From positions 718,624 through 782,623 of the forward strand of contig NMRA01000109.1 of assembly GCA_002633005.1 (NCBI GenBank): DNA of 64,000 nt. Reading direction: 5' to 3'. Made by a program: the position numbers and the translations under genes. Shown here one piece after another: positions 40,196 through 51,866 of the stretch (positions within the stretch are counted from its first letter, which is position 1; each line of letters opens with the position of its first letter). The DNA comes from Phoronis australis (taxonomy: Eukaryota; Animalia; Phoronida). The notes below the pieces were generated by a model. That model was not told the origin of the DNA. It saw only the letters and a program-made list of their open reading frames with translations, and did no database searches.

Positions 40196-41151
40196 CTGAC
40201 ACATTAACCCCACCCCTAGGTAACGAAGGCCTAGAAAATTTATTCCTGTGGTTCAGATTTCACTGGCAGCAAATTTCAAGGGCTGTTAAACAATTTTCAA
40301 AAAGCTCTTTTTGCTTCAGATTTTAGAGGAAAGATTCATAAATTGCTTTTCGTAGGGTTTCAATTAGGCGAATCCAGAAAAGTGTGCAGCTATCTATGCT
40401 TATAGACACTGGCTTGACAAGTCAGCAGCCTGGGGTTTGTATGAACTATAACTGTTGGTACACTCCTTTAAGCAAAACACACATCAAAGGGTCCATTTTC
40501 AGGCTACTGTAATGGACGTTTTCCTACTTTGGGTAATTTTTCAGTTATTTGGATATAAAGGGTACCCTTTTCACCATTAGTCAGTCAATTAGGGTATGTT
40601 TTCCCAGGAAACAATTCATGCGTTTCTATGTCCGACAGAGTTGCACCCCCCCTCTCCCACCTTAAAGTTATTAAGACTATGATTATGACAAAAGTTCAGA
40701 GATTGACAGTGGGATGTTAACTACAATAAGCTCCTCCTTGACCACAGTTTTGCCCCTGAATGTCATGGTAAAATGATGTGCAAATATCTAATGTCAGCCA
40801 CTTGTTGATAAGTATGTGTGTTTATTGACTGAGATAAGTTAACACTGTCTTACATAACCTGTCTGTCTGGGTGATTAGCAGCTGTAACTTGATAGGTCAA
40901 GAATTTGACGGAATCTTCTAGCACTTCATGTCATATCTTAAGGTTGTCAAAAATTGTAGGAAAGTTACAGCATATCTTAAGCTGTGCTCAGACCAACTCA
41001 GACCAATTCACCCCCAGCTGGTGCCTCCATTGTTTCCGAAGAGAGCTGATAGCAGTGCCACCTGTAGAGTTATAACCTTTGCAATTATGGTGTTCACACA
41101 CAGTCAACCCTCATAGGTAACCTCTTGACGAACTACCCTCACAGACTGGTT

Positions 41152-42508
41152 ATAGGTTATCTCACACCTTATTTAGTATGTATCGAAAAACTTGGCTATG
41201 TCATCTTGTAAAGGTATATATTTTCTGAAAGAAAGAAGATCAGAGATTATATAACAATATGTTTTATATTGATGTGCCATTATTGTTATTAGTTAACATC
41301 ATTTTAAGTCAAAATTTTATTTTTAAAAAAGGTACATCCATAGCAATATAACCCCTCCGTAGACTTTAACGAAACCCTTTTTAAATGAAAACTTTGCACT
41401 TTACCTCAAAAACGCTGTTAGGAATTTTCGACTACTCATTTTGTTTTGTTTTTATGCCAAATGAAGTCCCAAAACATAAGGTATTTCTGTAAAAAATTGC
41501 AGCCGTATTTGTCTATGTTATGGTTTGCAAAAACTACGCGTTTAAAGGGAAAGTCCTAGCAGTGTATTTGACATTGTTGAATGAATATTAAAACTGAAAA
41601 GTTTCCGAAAACTCGTGTTCCTAAGTTCAAAGTAAGTTGATTTGCTGAAGCCGAGAAAAAATGGGGAAATTTTGCGAGTCTTCAAACTCGGACGGTTATC
41701 GCTTAATTATTCGTTGAAAACTTGTTTTTGATCTATATGACTCTTGCGTTAACCATATTCTCACTACTTCAACATTCATGCGTAATGTACACTCTGTGGT
41801 ACATAATTAACTTATCGCTAAAACCGTTTGATTTTGTGCCTAGTGATCAAGTCCAGCTAAATCAAGGCGGGGTCAACTCTTGACCTAGGTCAATAGTTCA
41901 TTGTTATACACACCAGGCACTGGCCGACTGATATGAAACTAAGTACAAAATGAACAACACAAATCAAGTCGGTGGTTAAGGCGAGTCGTGAGCGTAAGAT
42001 CGAATCAGCGACGTGTCAAATTACCGAACAACTTGATGAATTTTGTTGAGGATTTATCTCTTTTCACAACTTGCTGTCGAACACAAAGTCACAGAGGCCT
42101 GCGGTACCGCGACTCAGACTCGGTGTGTTCATTCTCAGCAATCAAAATTATGTTTTGTGTTCATTTCCCCGGCATCTTTCTATCCTATGTACACGTCTTT
42201 GACTCAGTATTATGGCAATTTGGTGAATGAGGGGAATGAAGGTACATAGGAAACTGTTCTATACCTGGTGGGAGATTCGATTTGAGTGACAGCCCTGTAA
42301 CCTTTGAACTTGGATAGTGGTAAACAAATTTCAGTGCGGTTGTACTGTTCCTAGGTGGTTCTGCTAACTCCTTTTTTCTTGCTACACGCTGTATATTTCA
42401 TATTTGAAGTTTCCTGAGAATGAAGATAAGTTATTTTGACAGGCATATCATAAAATGGCCAATTTTTGTGACTAAGGTTTGAGATATTCTTTAAGTGTGT
42501 GTAGACCG
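41152..42508. mobile_element. Probable non-autonomous DNA element related to the host element at ~29944-33400
   Basis: CpG-richer block sharing collinear motifs (ATATTTTCTGAAAGAAA, AAAAGGTA, CAAAAAC.CTGTTA, CTGAAA(A)GTTT) with the 29944-33400 flanks. Termini are only weakly inverted, so boundaries are approximate. Confidence 0.4.
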
Positions 42509-44588
42509 AGAATTATAACATATAAATTGGTTTTAAAAATCTAACTGCTTTGGTGTTGACAAGGTATAGCAGGGCTCATAGGGGAGTGTAGTGATCTGAG
42601 TGTGGTTGATATGTGAATAGAAATCAGCTTGTGAATTTGTTGCACATTGCAGTCCAACATAGCATTTTCTTAATGGCCAGTTTACAAACTGTATATTACG
42701 GTAGGTAAGAGGTACAGAACATAGATTAGTACTAGGGTGGGATTTGTGTTTATGTTTTTAAACCCCAAAGCATTTCATTTAAGAATTCATCATTCACAGT
42801 AAAATGCAAAATTCCCCTGTAAAGATAACAGTGCTTTATGTTTGATGGAACCTAATTAGAGTTATTTCTTGTGTTAAAATGAAAGCAAAGAAGCTGAATA
42901 ACATGTCAAGTGCATGATAACATTTTGACCTTCGTAATCCATATTGTTATTATGGTGCCATTAGTTTATCTAATGTCGACTATAAAAGCAAATGATAATT
43001 TTGCATTTTGTTTAAATCTCATAATTATCGGATCACTTGTAAAAGCATTCATTCAATTGTAAAATTTACATGGGAAGAAGTCTGACATTTGTATGGAATG
43101 TTACACAATTATTAAAGAAGATGGCTCGAATGCCTTTTATCACACAAAGCCTTCTGGTTAGACCAGATATATCCATCTTGACACCCACAGCAAATCATCA
43201 GACAGTTGAAATAACTTAGTGAATAAGTACATAGCTTACTTTTGTCTAATTTTAGGTTTAGTTAGTCTTAGTGATTTTGTGGTATTTCTCTTGTGCCAGA
43301 AATGAGGTAGGGCAGGCTATCATGATAATACAGTCTTCAAAGGATTTTCCAATGATAAGCAAAGTATGAATTAAAAGTACAACCCCCTGCTGGGAGAGGC
43401 CAATAGGTCCTTTGGCTATAGCTGTATAATATTTTATGCAATAATTTTCAATGTTAGGCAACATCTTATTACACCATCTTATTATAGACAAATTGTAAGT
43501 AAATTGAATGCTGCCCCACACAGCAACGCTTTTCAAAATTAGCCAGATTACAGGTGTGTTAGTGTCTTAAGTCTGTTGACCCTGGTTACCGCACATTTCA
43601 CAAATTCAAAGTCTGTTTCTGTTTACCTTGTCCACATTTTGCAAAGATGGTTGTGTGTTTGAGTAATCAGCTTTCTTTAAGCAATTTGCATTGCATACTA
43701 AAACGAAAATGCAAATTAGCCGATTGTAACTGCGAAAGCTACTGCTGCAGGTATTATCAGGATTTTAATAAAAGCCAGTTTCTTGCAGATGATTGTCAAA
43801 TACACTAGATCAGAGAAGAGTGCAGATGTACTTGTTTATGGTATTGCTGGACAATACACATTTGAAGCTGTTAATTTTATTGCTTTGATTTTTTGCATTA
43901 TGGAGTTAGTATAGTGGACAGAATTTCAGTCCTAATGGGAAAGGTGATTTAGATCGGTCTAAATTTAGTACGGTACTGAAGTGAGTACCATACTAGCACG
44001 CGTATCAAAGTTGGTCCGATTACATAAGTACAATTCTAGAGGTTTGATGCGGTCTGTTTTGCTTGACCGTTCTAACTTATCTCCCTACTTCACACAAGGG
44101 CAGAGTTCTTCCTACCCGGTATTAGTCAGGATTCTTGTATTGCTCATCAAAAAGCCAGATATTTGGCACATGATGTCACGTAATGCCAAATTGGGGAGGG
44201 TGGGGNGGTGGTGCTTCCACTAAGAAACTTTTTAGATTTTTGTCATCGAAAGGTAGCATTTTCCTTGATTTCTGCAGCAAAAATTTGCTAATTTTACTTG
44301 TTGATATGTTTTGTTGAACGTAACACCATAACTTCGCACCTTAACTGCATTTCCGACATTTTTCCAATGCATGCAGTGCGCAAGCAGATCAAAATATAGC
44401 ATTCTTCACAAATACGCTGTTCACATTGTATCTGACGGCATAGGGTCACCTGACGGTCTGACACTCAGTAGGTAAATTCGGCACCTAGACAAGTTATTTG
44501 CCCAGCCATCAAGTTGAACTGGAAATTTTACTCCATTTGGACGTACTTTTTCATTTATGAAGCAGTAGCATTTCAGTTGGGGAGTGTC

Positions 44589-45751
44589 ACGCATTATGCC
44601 GTCATCTCCGTTCGTCCGTCCGGCGTCCACAGCTCTATCTCCAAAACGTCTTGACGTATGTTAATGAAATTTTGCACATGTGTTCCTGGCGTGGAGGGGA
44701 CGGCACGACCGAACCTTCGGAAGTATCCGACTACCGGTGTGTCTCCTAGTAGCAATTTTAATTTTTTATGTTTATCTCTGTATCTTTAAAAGTCCTTAAT
44801 GGATTTTTTATAAAATTTGGTATATAGGCACCTATTAGTGAGGTAATGCTATCCTATTTTCTGGTGATTGGACGTAGTTTGCGCCACTTAGTGGCCATTT
44901 TTACTGTTTTTGAGTCTGTTTTTTGCGTCCACCCCTCTAGCAAGCAAACCGCTCAAAGGATGATTCTGAAAATTGGCATGTTTCTTTTTACTATGAAGTG
45001 GATGGCTGACGATTTTCCGACGATTTCAACTTCTTTGGCACCTTCTAGTGGCAGTTTTGCTTTTTTTGCGCTCATGGCTGTATCTCCTAAACCGTTTGCA
45101 GGATCTTTACTTAATTTAGCAAGTGTATTTACATGATGTTGACAACAGATGACAATGACTTTCAGACGGATCTGAGTACTGGTGTGTCCCCTAGTGGCAA
45201 TTTTAGTTTTTTACGTTTACCTCTGTATCTTCAAAGGTCCACTACAGATTTTCATAAAATTTTGAATATAGACATCTATTGGTGAGATGATGCTAACCTG
45301 TTTTTGGATGGAATCGAGGTATTCTGCGCCACCTAGTGGCCATTTTTGCTGTTTTCAAACCTTGTTTTTGTCGTCCATCCCTCTATCAACCAAATCATTG
45401 TAGGGATGGTTTTGAAAATGTTTTCAGTGTAAAGAGGACGTTTGATGATGGTGACTGACTACTGTGGCACTTCCTAGTGGTAAATTTGTTTTGTTTTACG
45501 CCCATAGCTGTATCTCCTAAACCCACTGCAGCATCTTTATTAAATTTAGTAAGTGCATTTATATGAAGATAACAATAGGTGACGACTTTTAGCCAGATTT
45601 TTATGAAATATGGCATGTTCCCGCTTTTGGATGGATTATACATTTTTGCGCTTTCTAGTGGCCATTTTTATGATACAAATAAATAACCCTTAGAACACAC
45701 CATTTGCGATACATTCGTGGGCGCATTTCAATGCTTCACGTTGCTCTTGTT
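44589..45751 (+). mobile_element. Second, 5'-truncated copy of the Helentron-associated element
   Basis: Begins ACGCATTATGCCGTCATCTCCG as in 31732ff, has the same tandem subunits, and ends GTGGGCGCAT-hairpin-CTCTTGTT. Confidence 0.85.
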
Positions 45752-47100
45752 ACGAATGTGAGGAAACTTTGGCGTAAATATTCTTGAACAAAAGAACAAT
45801 CACTGAATACGATATATAAAGCTCTATAAGAGCTGGTTACTAAAGTCGATTTACACAAGAGACAGTTGTCACCGTGTCACCTGTTACTACGCGACTTGCT
45901 CCACTTTAGTCGCATTTACATGACATTAGATCGCAAACTGGATCAGCAGGAGTCACTTACGTGAAGACTGTCTGCACATGCTCGCACAAGCAATAGGGAA
46001 TGTCCAAACCAGGTGGAATGCCAGCATGCCAGGGATCACCCATATCGCGCATGAGTTGTGTTTACACACATACTTGCACACCATCAGCTGTTCCACGGTG
46101 GTTGCTCTGTCAGCTGTTGCTCGATTAAATGCAACTTAAGACAACTTATACAAACCATTTTTACGATATGATATGTTATTACTTTTAGGCTGAATCTTTA
46201 TTCACTAAATTGTGAAGTGGGAAAGTTATGTCCAAATGTCTGACTTAAGTCCTAAGTCAGTCACCTCACTTAGAGAGGATCATCTTTTTTAGGATTTTCA
46301 TGTCAGGCCAAGTTGGACAAAAATGCAACTTTAATTTTGTTTTTAATTTTGTTTTTTTTGTAAAGGATCGTTAAAATCACATTTTGTTCTATCTAAATTA
46401 TAATTGCAAGGTTTACAATTTTGAAATCTCTGAAATTATGTGTTAAAGTAAAATTGGATTGATAATTAATAGGTTTTTTATTGAATTTTCGTTTCCATCA
46501 TTATTTATATCATTGTTCTTCGGTTTTAATTGTTTCATGCTTGGCACCATACAAAATTAGTTGTACTTGCTGACCAATTTTCCCTGAAGCATTGTTTTCA
46601 CAATGCATGCAATAAAACTTTGTTCTCTATCCAAACTGTGAAGCAAGACAAATATTGCTTTACATGTTCCATGCCTACCTACCTGCAATTTAGTAGTAAT
46701 TACAGTATCATAATAAGTCATCAGCTGACCTGTTATTCAGAACTCCTGGATTGTATAGATAAGCATGTTCTCTGTTCAAAAGGTTAATTTCACAGGTAGT
46801 GGTATTGTAAATGTCTATTTATCTCATGTATTAGGGAAATTCTTTAGTTTCCTGCCTTGTAATGTTTAGTGAGCCAGAGGTGCAGCCATGGTATTATGGG
46901 TGAAAATTAATGTTTGGATTCACAATAGTAGTAGTTAATCAGTAGAATAGTTTGGAATAAAGTGCATATGCTCTCAAATGTACACGAATTTTCAAATCTT
47001 ATGTAATACATTGGGTGTGAATTTGGGCGGAACAAAATTTATTCCGTTGACAAATAAAATGTCAACCATTTTAGTTTGCATTATAGGAACTTTAAAAATA

Positions 47101-48094
47101 CTGTAAACCTTTGGCTAATGCCCGTGTTCTCATAAGCACCCACCCCCACATTTGAAATGCTTTGGATTAAGCATCCACTGCTCGGCTTTGCACCCTTCCT
47201 CAAATTTTGGAAAATTTCAACTAAGCACCCAGGGCTCAGATGTAACTTGGTACATCTCAGAATTGAATTTAAAAACACTATGGTGTGCTTTCAAGAGCGG
47301 AAACTGGATCAATTTCGAGTCACATTGTAGTTTGCAGTAGTCGCTGAGGACATCCTATTCTGTTAAAATCTTCTACAGTGCATTAAAATGTTTGTGCTTT
47401 GGAAATTGCTGCTTACCGAGAATGTATTCTGCCGCAGATTCATTCTATGGTAAAACAAATTTATTTTTTAAAATACTCAGTAGTACTGCAGCGTTAAGAG
47501 CCCAGTCCCAGCTTTGTTTACCTGCGAAGGTGAGGTGACTCCACTAACATGCATGGCCGGGTCACATAACCAACATCACTCGCAAGATTTTGTCTTGTGA
47601 AATTTGCAGCGCATCATTCATTGGATCGTTAGGTCATTCAGTCTGAGACATCGAAACAACTACTAGCACAACTTTATTGACAGGAAGTTTTGCAAAAATA
47701 TTCTACCAAGAGGAGGGACTTTGGGCTGAGATTTATCTAACTTTGCATTGTCAACAACTTTGATGACAATCATATGGCACCTCAGCCTAGAATTTTTGTA
47801 GGTATTTTTTCAAGGTATGTTTTCTCTTTTCTTAAAATGCATCCTTAACTACTGGAGTACTTGGTCAGGGAGTGCTGATATAATGTTTGTACTGGCAACT
47901 AGGTTTGAAGCAAGTTCTTTGAACTTCGGGTCTGTGTACTTCAATTTCTTAAGTCATGGGTGGTTAGGGGTGACTATGTGACTCTGGTTAAATGCCTATC
48001 CCCAATTTCTTCGAAGTTCTGATTTAAGTGCCCACCTCTCGATTTCCAGGCTTGGCAATTTAAGCAGCAAGGGTGTTAACCCGAATGTTTACGG
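47101..48094. mobile_element. Older non-autonomous Tc/mariner-like element, ~1 kb
   Basis: TA|CTGTAAACCTTTGG... and ...CCGAATGTTTACGG|TA form degenerate TIRs with TA on both sides. Subterminal TAAG(C/T)(A/G)CCCACC repeats are present. Confidence 0.6.
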
Positions 48095-48243
48095 TAATAT
48101 GAAAGTCAATTTTTGACACATTTTTTTTCAAATACACACAAGAAAACTACTCGTTTGGAAATGTGTTTTGTAACATAGATATCGCAGTTACATCTCAAAG
48201 GATTACATGAGGTTTTGGAAGTTGAGTTCCTTCTCACTAATTT

Positions 48244-48386
48244 CAGGGGCAGATCCAGGATTTTGAGTTAGGGGGAGGGGGGGCCAGGGCAGAGTATTAG
48301 CCTGGATTTTGCCTATCAGACATTTGCACCTCCGAACTGCCAAATGGAATATGGCCCCTTCCCCTCCCCCCATAAATGCGCCAATG
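48244..48386. mobile_element. Degenerate small hAT-like MITE
   Basis: Begins CAGGGGCAGATCCAGGATTTT with a G-run and ends with a C-run plus AAATGCGCCAATG. TSD is not intact. Confidence 0.4.
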
Positions 48387-51300
48387 AATTTAGCTTAGCT
48401 TAGCTTTGATACAATTTAGTGTACCTGCATAGTTTATGCGCCTTGTTCAGTGTTGTGTTTTTGCATTTGCAGAATGCATGCATGTCATGGTTTCACTTAC
48501 TTTCTTAATGACATAGGTGTATTAAGTTACACAGAAACAATATATCTAGCTCTGCTTTGTAGACAAACTAACCCTCTTCAAGATTGCTTGCCATGTTAAC
48601 TACCATGAGCAGTGTGTGCAGGAGACCAACTGACCCATGTCTGAGACCACACCCACACACCTGTTCTTTCCCTATTCAGTACATACCTGACGGCATGTCT
48701 TCAGTACATACCTGATGGCATGTCCTCACTTTGTTGATGATGAGATCCAGGGAAACTATAATAACGAATGTTTAGAAAAGTGCTATTGAAAGCTACCAGT
48801 GTCATGTAGTAAAAACATTAGAAGCTAAGCTGTCAATTGTGGTTTTCCCAAGAGATGTTGCTCAAGGACATGGCTTTTAGCATGTGATGTGTAAATTTCA
48901 CATCTGTACCAAAACACACATGCTCTTTCTGCATGAAGTTGTATTTGTATTTGTATTTCTTTTTATGTAATCTTCATTAAATACATGCGACTTCATCACA
49001 AGTCTAAATACCTTCCAAATAGGGTTTACAAAAATAAACAGTCCTGTTGAACAAACCAGTGGTTCAAGTGAAGGCGACAGAGACTACTTGGGCTTTTGTG
49101 CCATGATAAGAACCCTTAGATTTTATACCATAATGGTTTCATTCAATGGTCAGTTGTATCTGATGAGGTAATAATTACAAAATTGATGGAAAGTAAAGCA
49201 ATGTGACAGATATTACTTTGGATGCAAACACTCAGTTCCTTGTCATAACAGCTTCTGTATTTGAACACAATTAAAGGGTGTTCAGTGTTCCAGAAATGAG
49301 ATTTCAAATGAGAAACTTTGATCAGAGTTTATATGTACTTTCAGACTATGAGTATTGATCAGGCCTTGCTGATTAGCCTTTGAGCACTCATCCAGTTAAA
49401 CTGTGTGGAATGGCTCTTAGGGTCTTCAATTCTGGAGAGCTTCTACAGTATGCCTGCAGCCATTAGGCTTGATTGAGTGTAAATAGCTCCCAAAACTATG
49501 GTGTATCTCCATCTCAAATTCCGTGTCATTTACCATACAAAAATTCCTTTGTGTTGCTTCAATTAGTTTACTTTGATGCCTATATCAATTGTTATTCAAT
49601 GGTAATGATGAGACAGAAGTTGAGAGTCTCCAGTGTTTCTGATTTGTCCCCTTTGGGCGAACAAATTTTTGGATGATTGCCAAAATGGGTTCGGCAAAGG
49701 CTTCTGATATGATGTCTGTGTGTAGTTATTGTGTGTGTCAAAGATTCATTCAATAGTTTGAGGATTTGGAATGATTATCTCTTCACTTCTGTTGGCTTCA
49801 GGATATTATTACCCTACCTATACCAGAACATTTTAAAAGAAGTATACAAAGTTTAGCCTGGGGATTTGGTAATGAGGAATGCTTAGGCACACACCTACGC
49901 ACTGTTATAAATGAGTGCTGCACTAAAGTGTCCGGACTGTGACATTTTTTTCTAAATAACTGGTCGGAAATCTCGTCTAGACTTTGTGTAAAGTACCTTA
50001 AATTCGGTTTACATTCCCTCTTCACTATAACTGTACATTTTCCTACATAATTATTAGCATTTCACAGTTGAGCTATAACTCATGTTCAACTTGTAATTAC
50101 AGGTATGTTTGTGGATACATTGTGCTTTGATAACGTGAGACTGAATTATTTTTCGGAAGTACTTGTGTAGACTGTAAGAGGACATCTCTATCTTTTAGAC
50201 TGAAGCAAGACCCAATTATGCTCAGAACCTCTATCTAACCATTTCACCAGATTGGATTTTAAAGAAATAGTTCAAAAATGGAGCAAAAATATTGGCTAAA
50301 TTGTCCGTTTTATGTTTTTCAAAGGCTTGATACATTCATTGCTGCTCAAAATAAATTTTCAAAATGATGGGTAGTGCCAGTTGAACCATTCGTGAAATTA
50401 TTGCTAACAGGGAAGTGAATCTTTTTACAGAATTTGTGTCAAGAAATTGACGATATGAAATTTGACGTTTCTCCACCGAAGTTTTTTATTACAATTGGAT
50501 TTCGTACAATGACTACATGTGTAAGCTTAGTTATATCTTCTCTTAGGCAAATTTAAATTTCACGTATCATAATTTGGAAAACTTTAAACTTCAATTTTGA
50601 GTTTTTAAACAACCTTATTACCTTTTCAAAATAAAGAAGTGTCAGCATTATAGAAATCAGAGTGCAGTGCACTATATCTTATCATTCTTGAAACAATTTC
50701 CAACCATTATGTAACCTTGCAACTGATCTAAATTTCATCTTGACATCTAAAAATTCTCTGTCTACAAACACACTGTTTGACATATTTACATAACCTCCAC
50801 TGTTTGACTTGTTTATATATTGTTTTTGTCTGTAATGGGTAGCTATACTTTTCTTAAACTTAATTCTTACAATTTGTGTGTCTAAAGCATCTGTCATTTT
50901 AATTATAGGCTAAAGTGTTTGACAAATCATTCTGGTAATAGCTCACAGATGGCTCAAGAATGCTGAAAGTAATAACTGATCAGTTTTTAATTGGATCATG
51001 TCTGTGTCCTGGTGGTTCAAGGCATTAAAAAACAAACAAACGTGGCCATCTCTTAAGAAAAGTAGAAAACCCAGATACCCCTTCTATGTATTCTACTTAA
51101 TTCACCTAAGATATGTTATGTAAAGTTTATATGTCTTTTTAGTAATTAACGTCCTATGCTGTAGAAGTTAATAGTATTTAGGAGTTTCATTTGTTATTTC
51201 TGATACAATGAAAGTATCAAAATAGTAGAACAATGCCATTGTTTTTGATACCTTTTCTGATTTCAATGGTCCGCTTCATCTGAAAATTAATTACATTAAT

Positions 51301-51776
51301 GGATGTGAATAGTATTTTGGAATAATTTGTACTCTCACAGACCAACAGTGCATGCCAAAAGTATTCTCACAAGGCAAAATGAACCACAATATCTTGTCAT
51401 GACAACTGCGCAGAAGCTGAATTGAGTGTCGCAGTAGTCTCCCCTCGTAGGCGAGAATGAACGGAAGTTAGCAGAAAAGTTAGTAAGGTGGCTAAGCTGT
51501 TTTGTGATTAGAATTTTGCTGTTAACAGGATTAGTCGTCATGACAGGGAAACAGTAGTTTGTGGTTACTTTTGCCGTGCACTGTCCACTGGAAACTTAGC
51601 CTATCTAGCAGTGATTCCTCACTTTTTGCACACAAAAATATGCCGATGTAATTTTTCTAGTTTTCAAAGGCTAAGTACTTTGCTGCAAATAATGGAAACT
51701 TTGTTAGATGCCACTGTTCCTTTATTTACGTGGAAAATTTTGACAAAATAGAAACCTTTTCATTGATTGATTGCAG

Positions 51777-51866
51777 GTGAAATAGACAACAAGTTGATAC
51801 AGTACATACTGAAGACTGGTGCAAATGCCACTGGTGATCGTTTCATCTTCAATGTCATTGACAAAG
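51777..51866 (+). CDS. FREM2: FREM2-like exon 2 (90 nt, end of CSPG12)
   Basis: ttgcag|GT GAA ATA GAC...GAC AAA G|gtaaga; encodes (G)EIDNKLIQYILKTGANATGDRFIFNVIDK. Confidence 0.93.

Larger units (their letters stand above)
12363..51776 (+). other. Intron 1 of the FREM2-like gene (39,414 bp, phase 1)
   Basis: GT at 12363 and ttgcAG at 51776. The flanking exons join as WTQ-G-EIDNKLIQYIL, completing the FTQ.DID....Y motif of CSPG12, so no coding exon is missing between them. Confidence 0.9.

Noticed and set aside
12363-51776. Nested protein-coding gene or recursive splice sites in intron 1
   Set aside because: No ORF (including the 130-aa ORF at 38467-38859) showed recognisable homology. AG|GT candidates such as ~26720 and ~50102 have weak tracts or donors and are at chance level.
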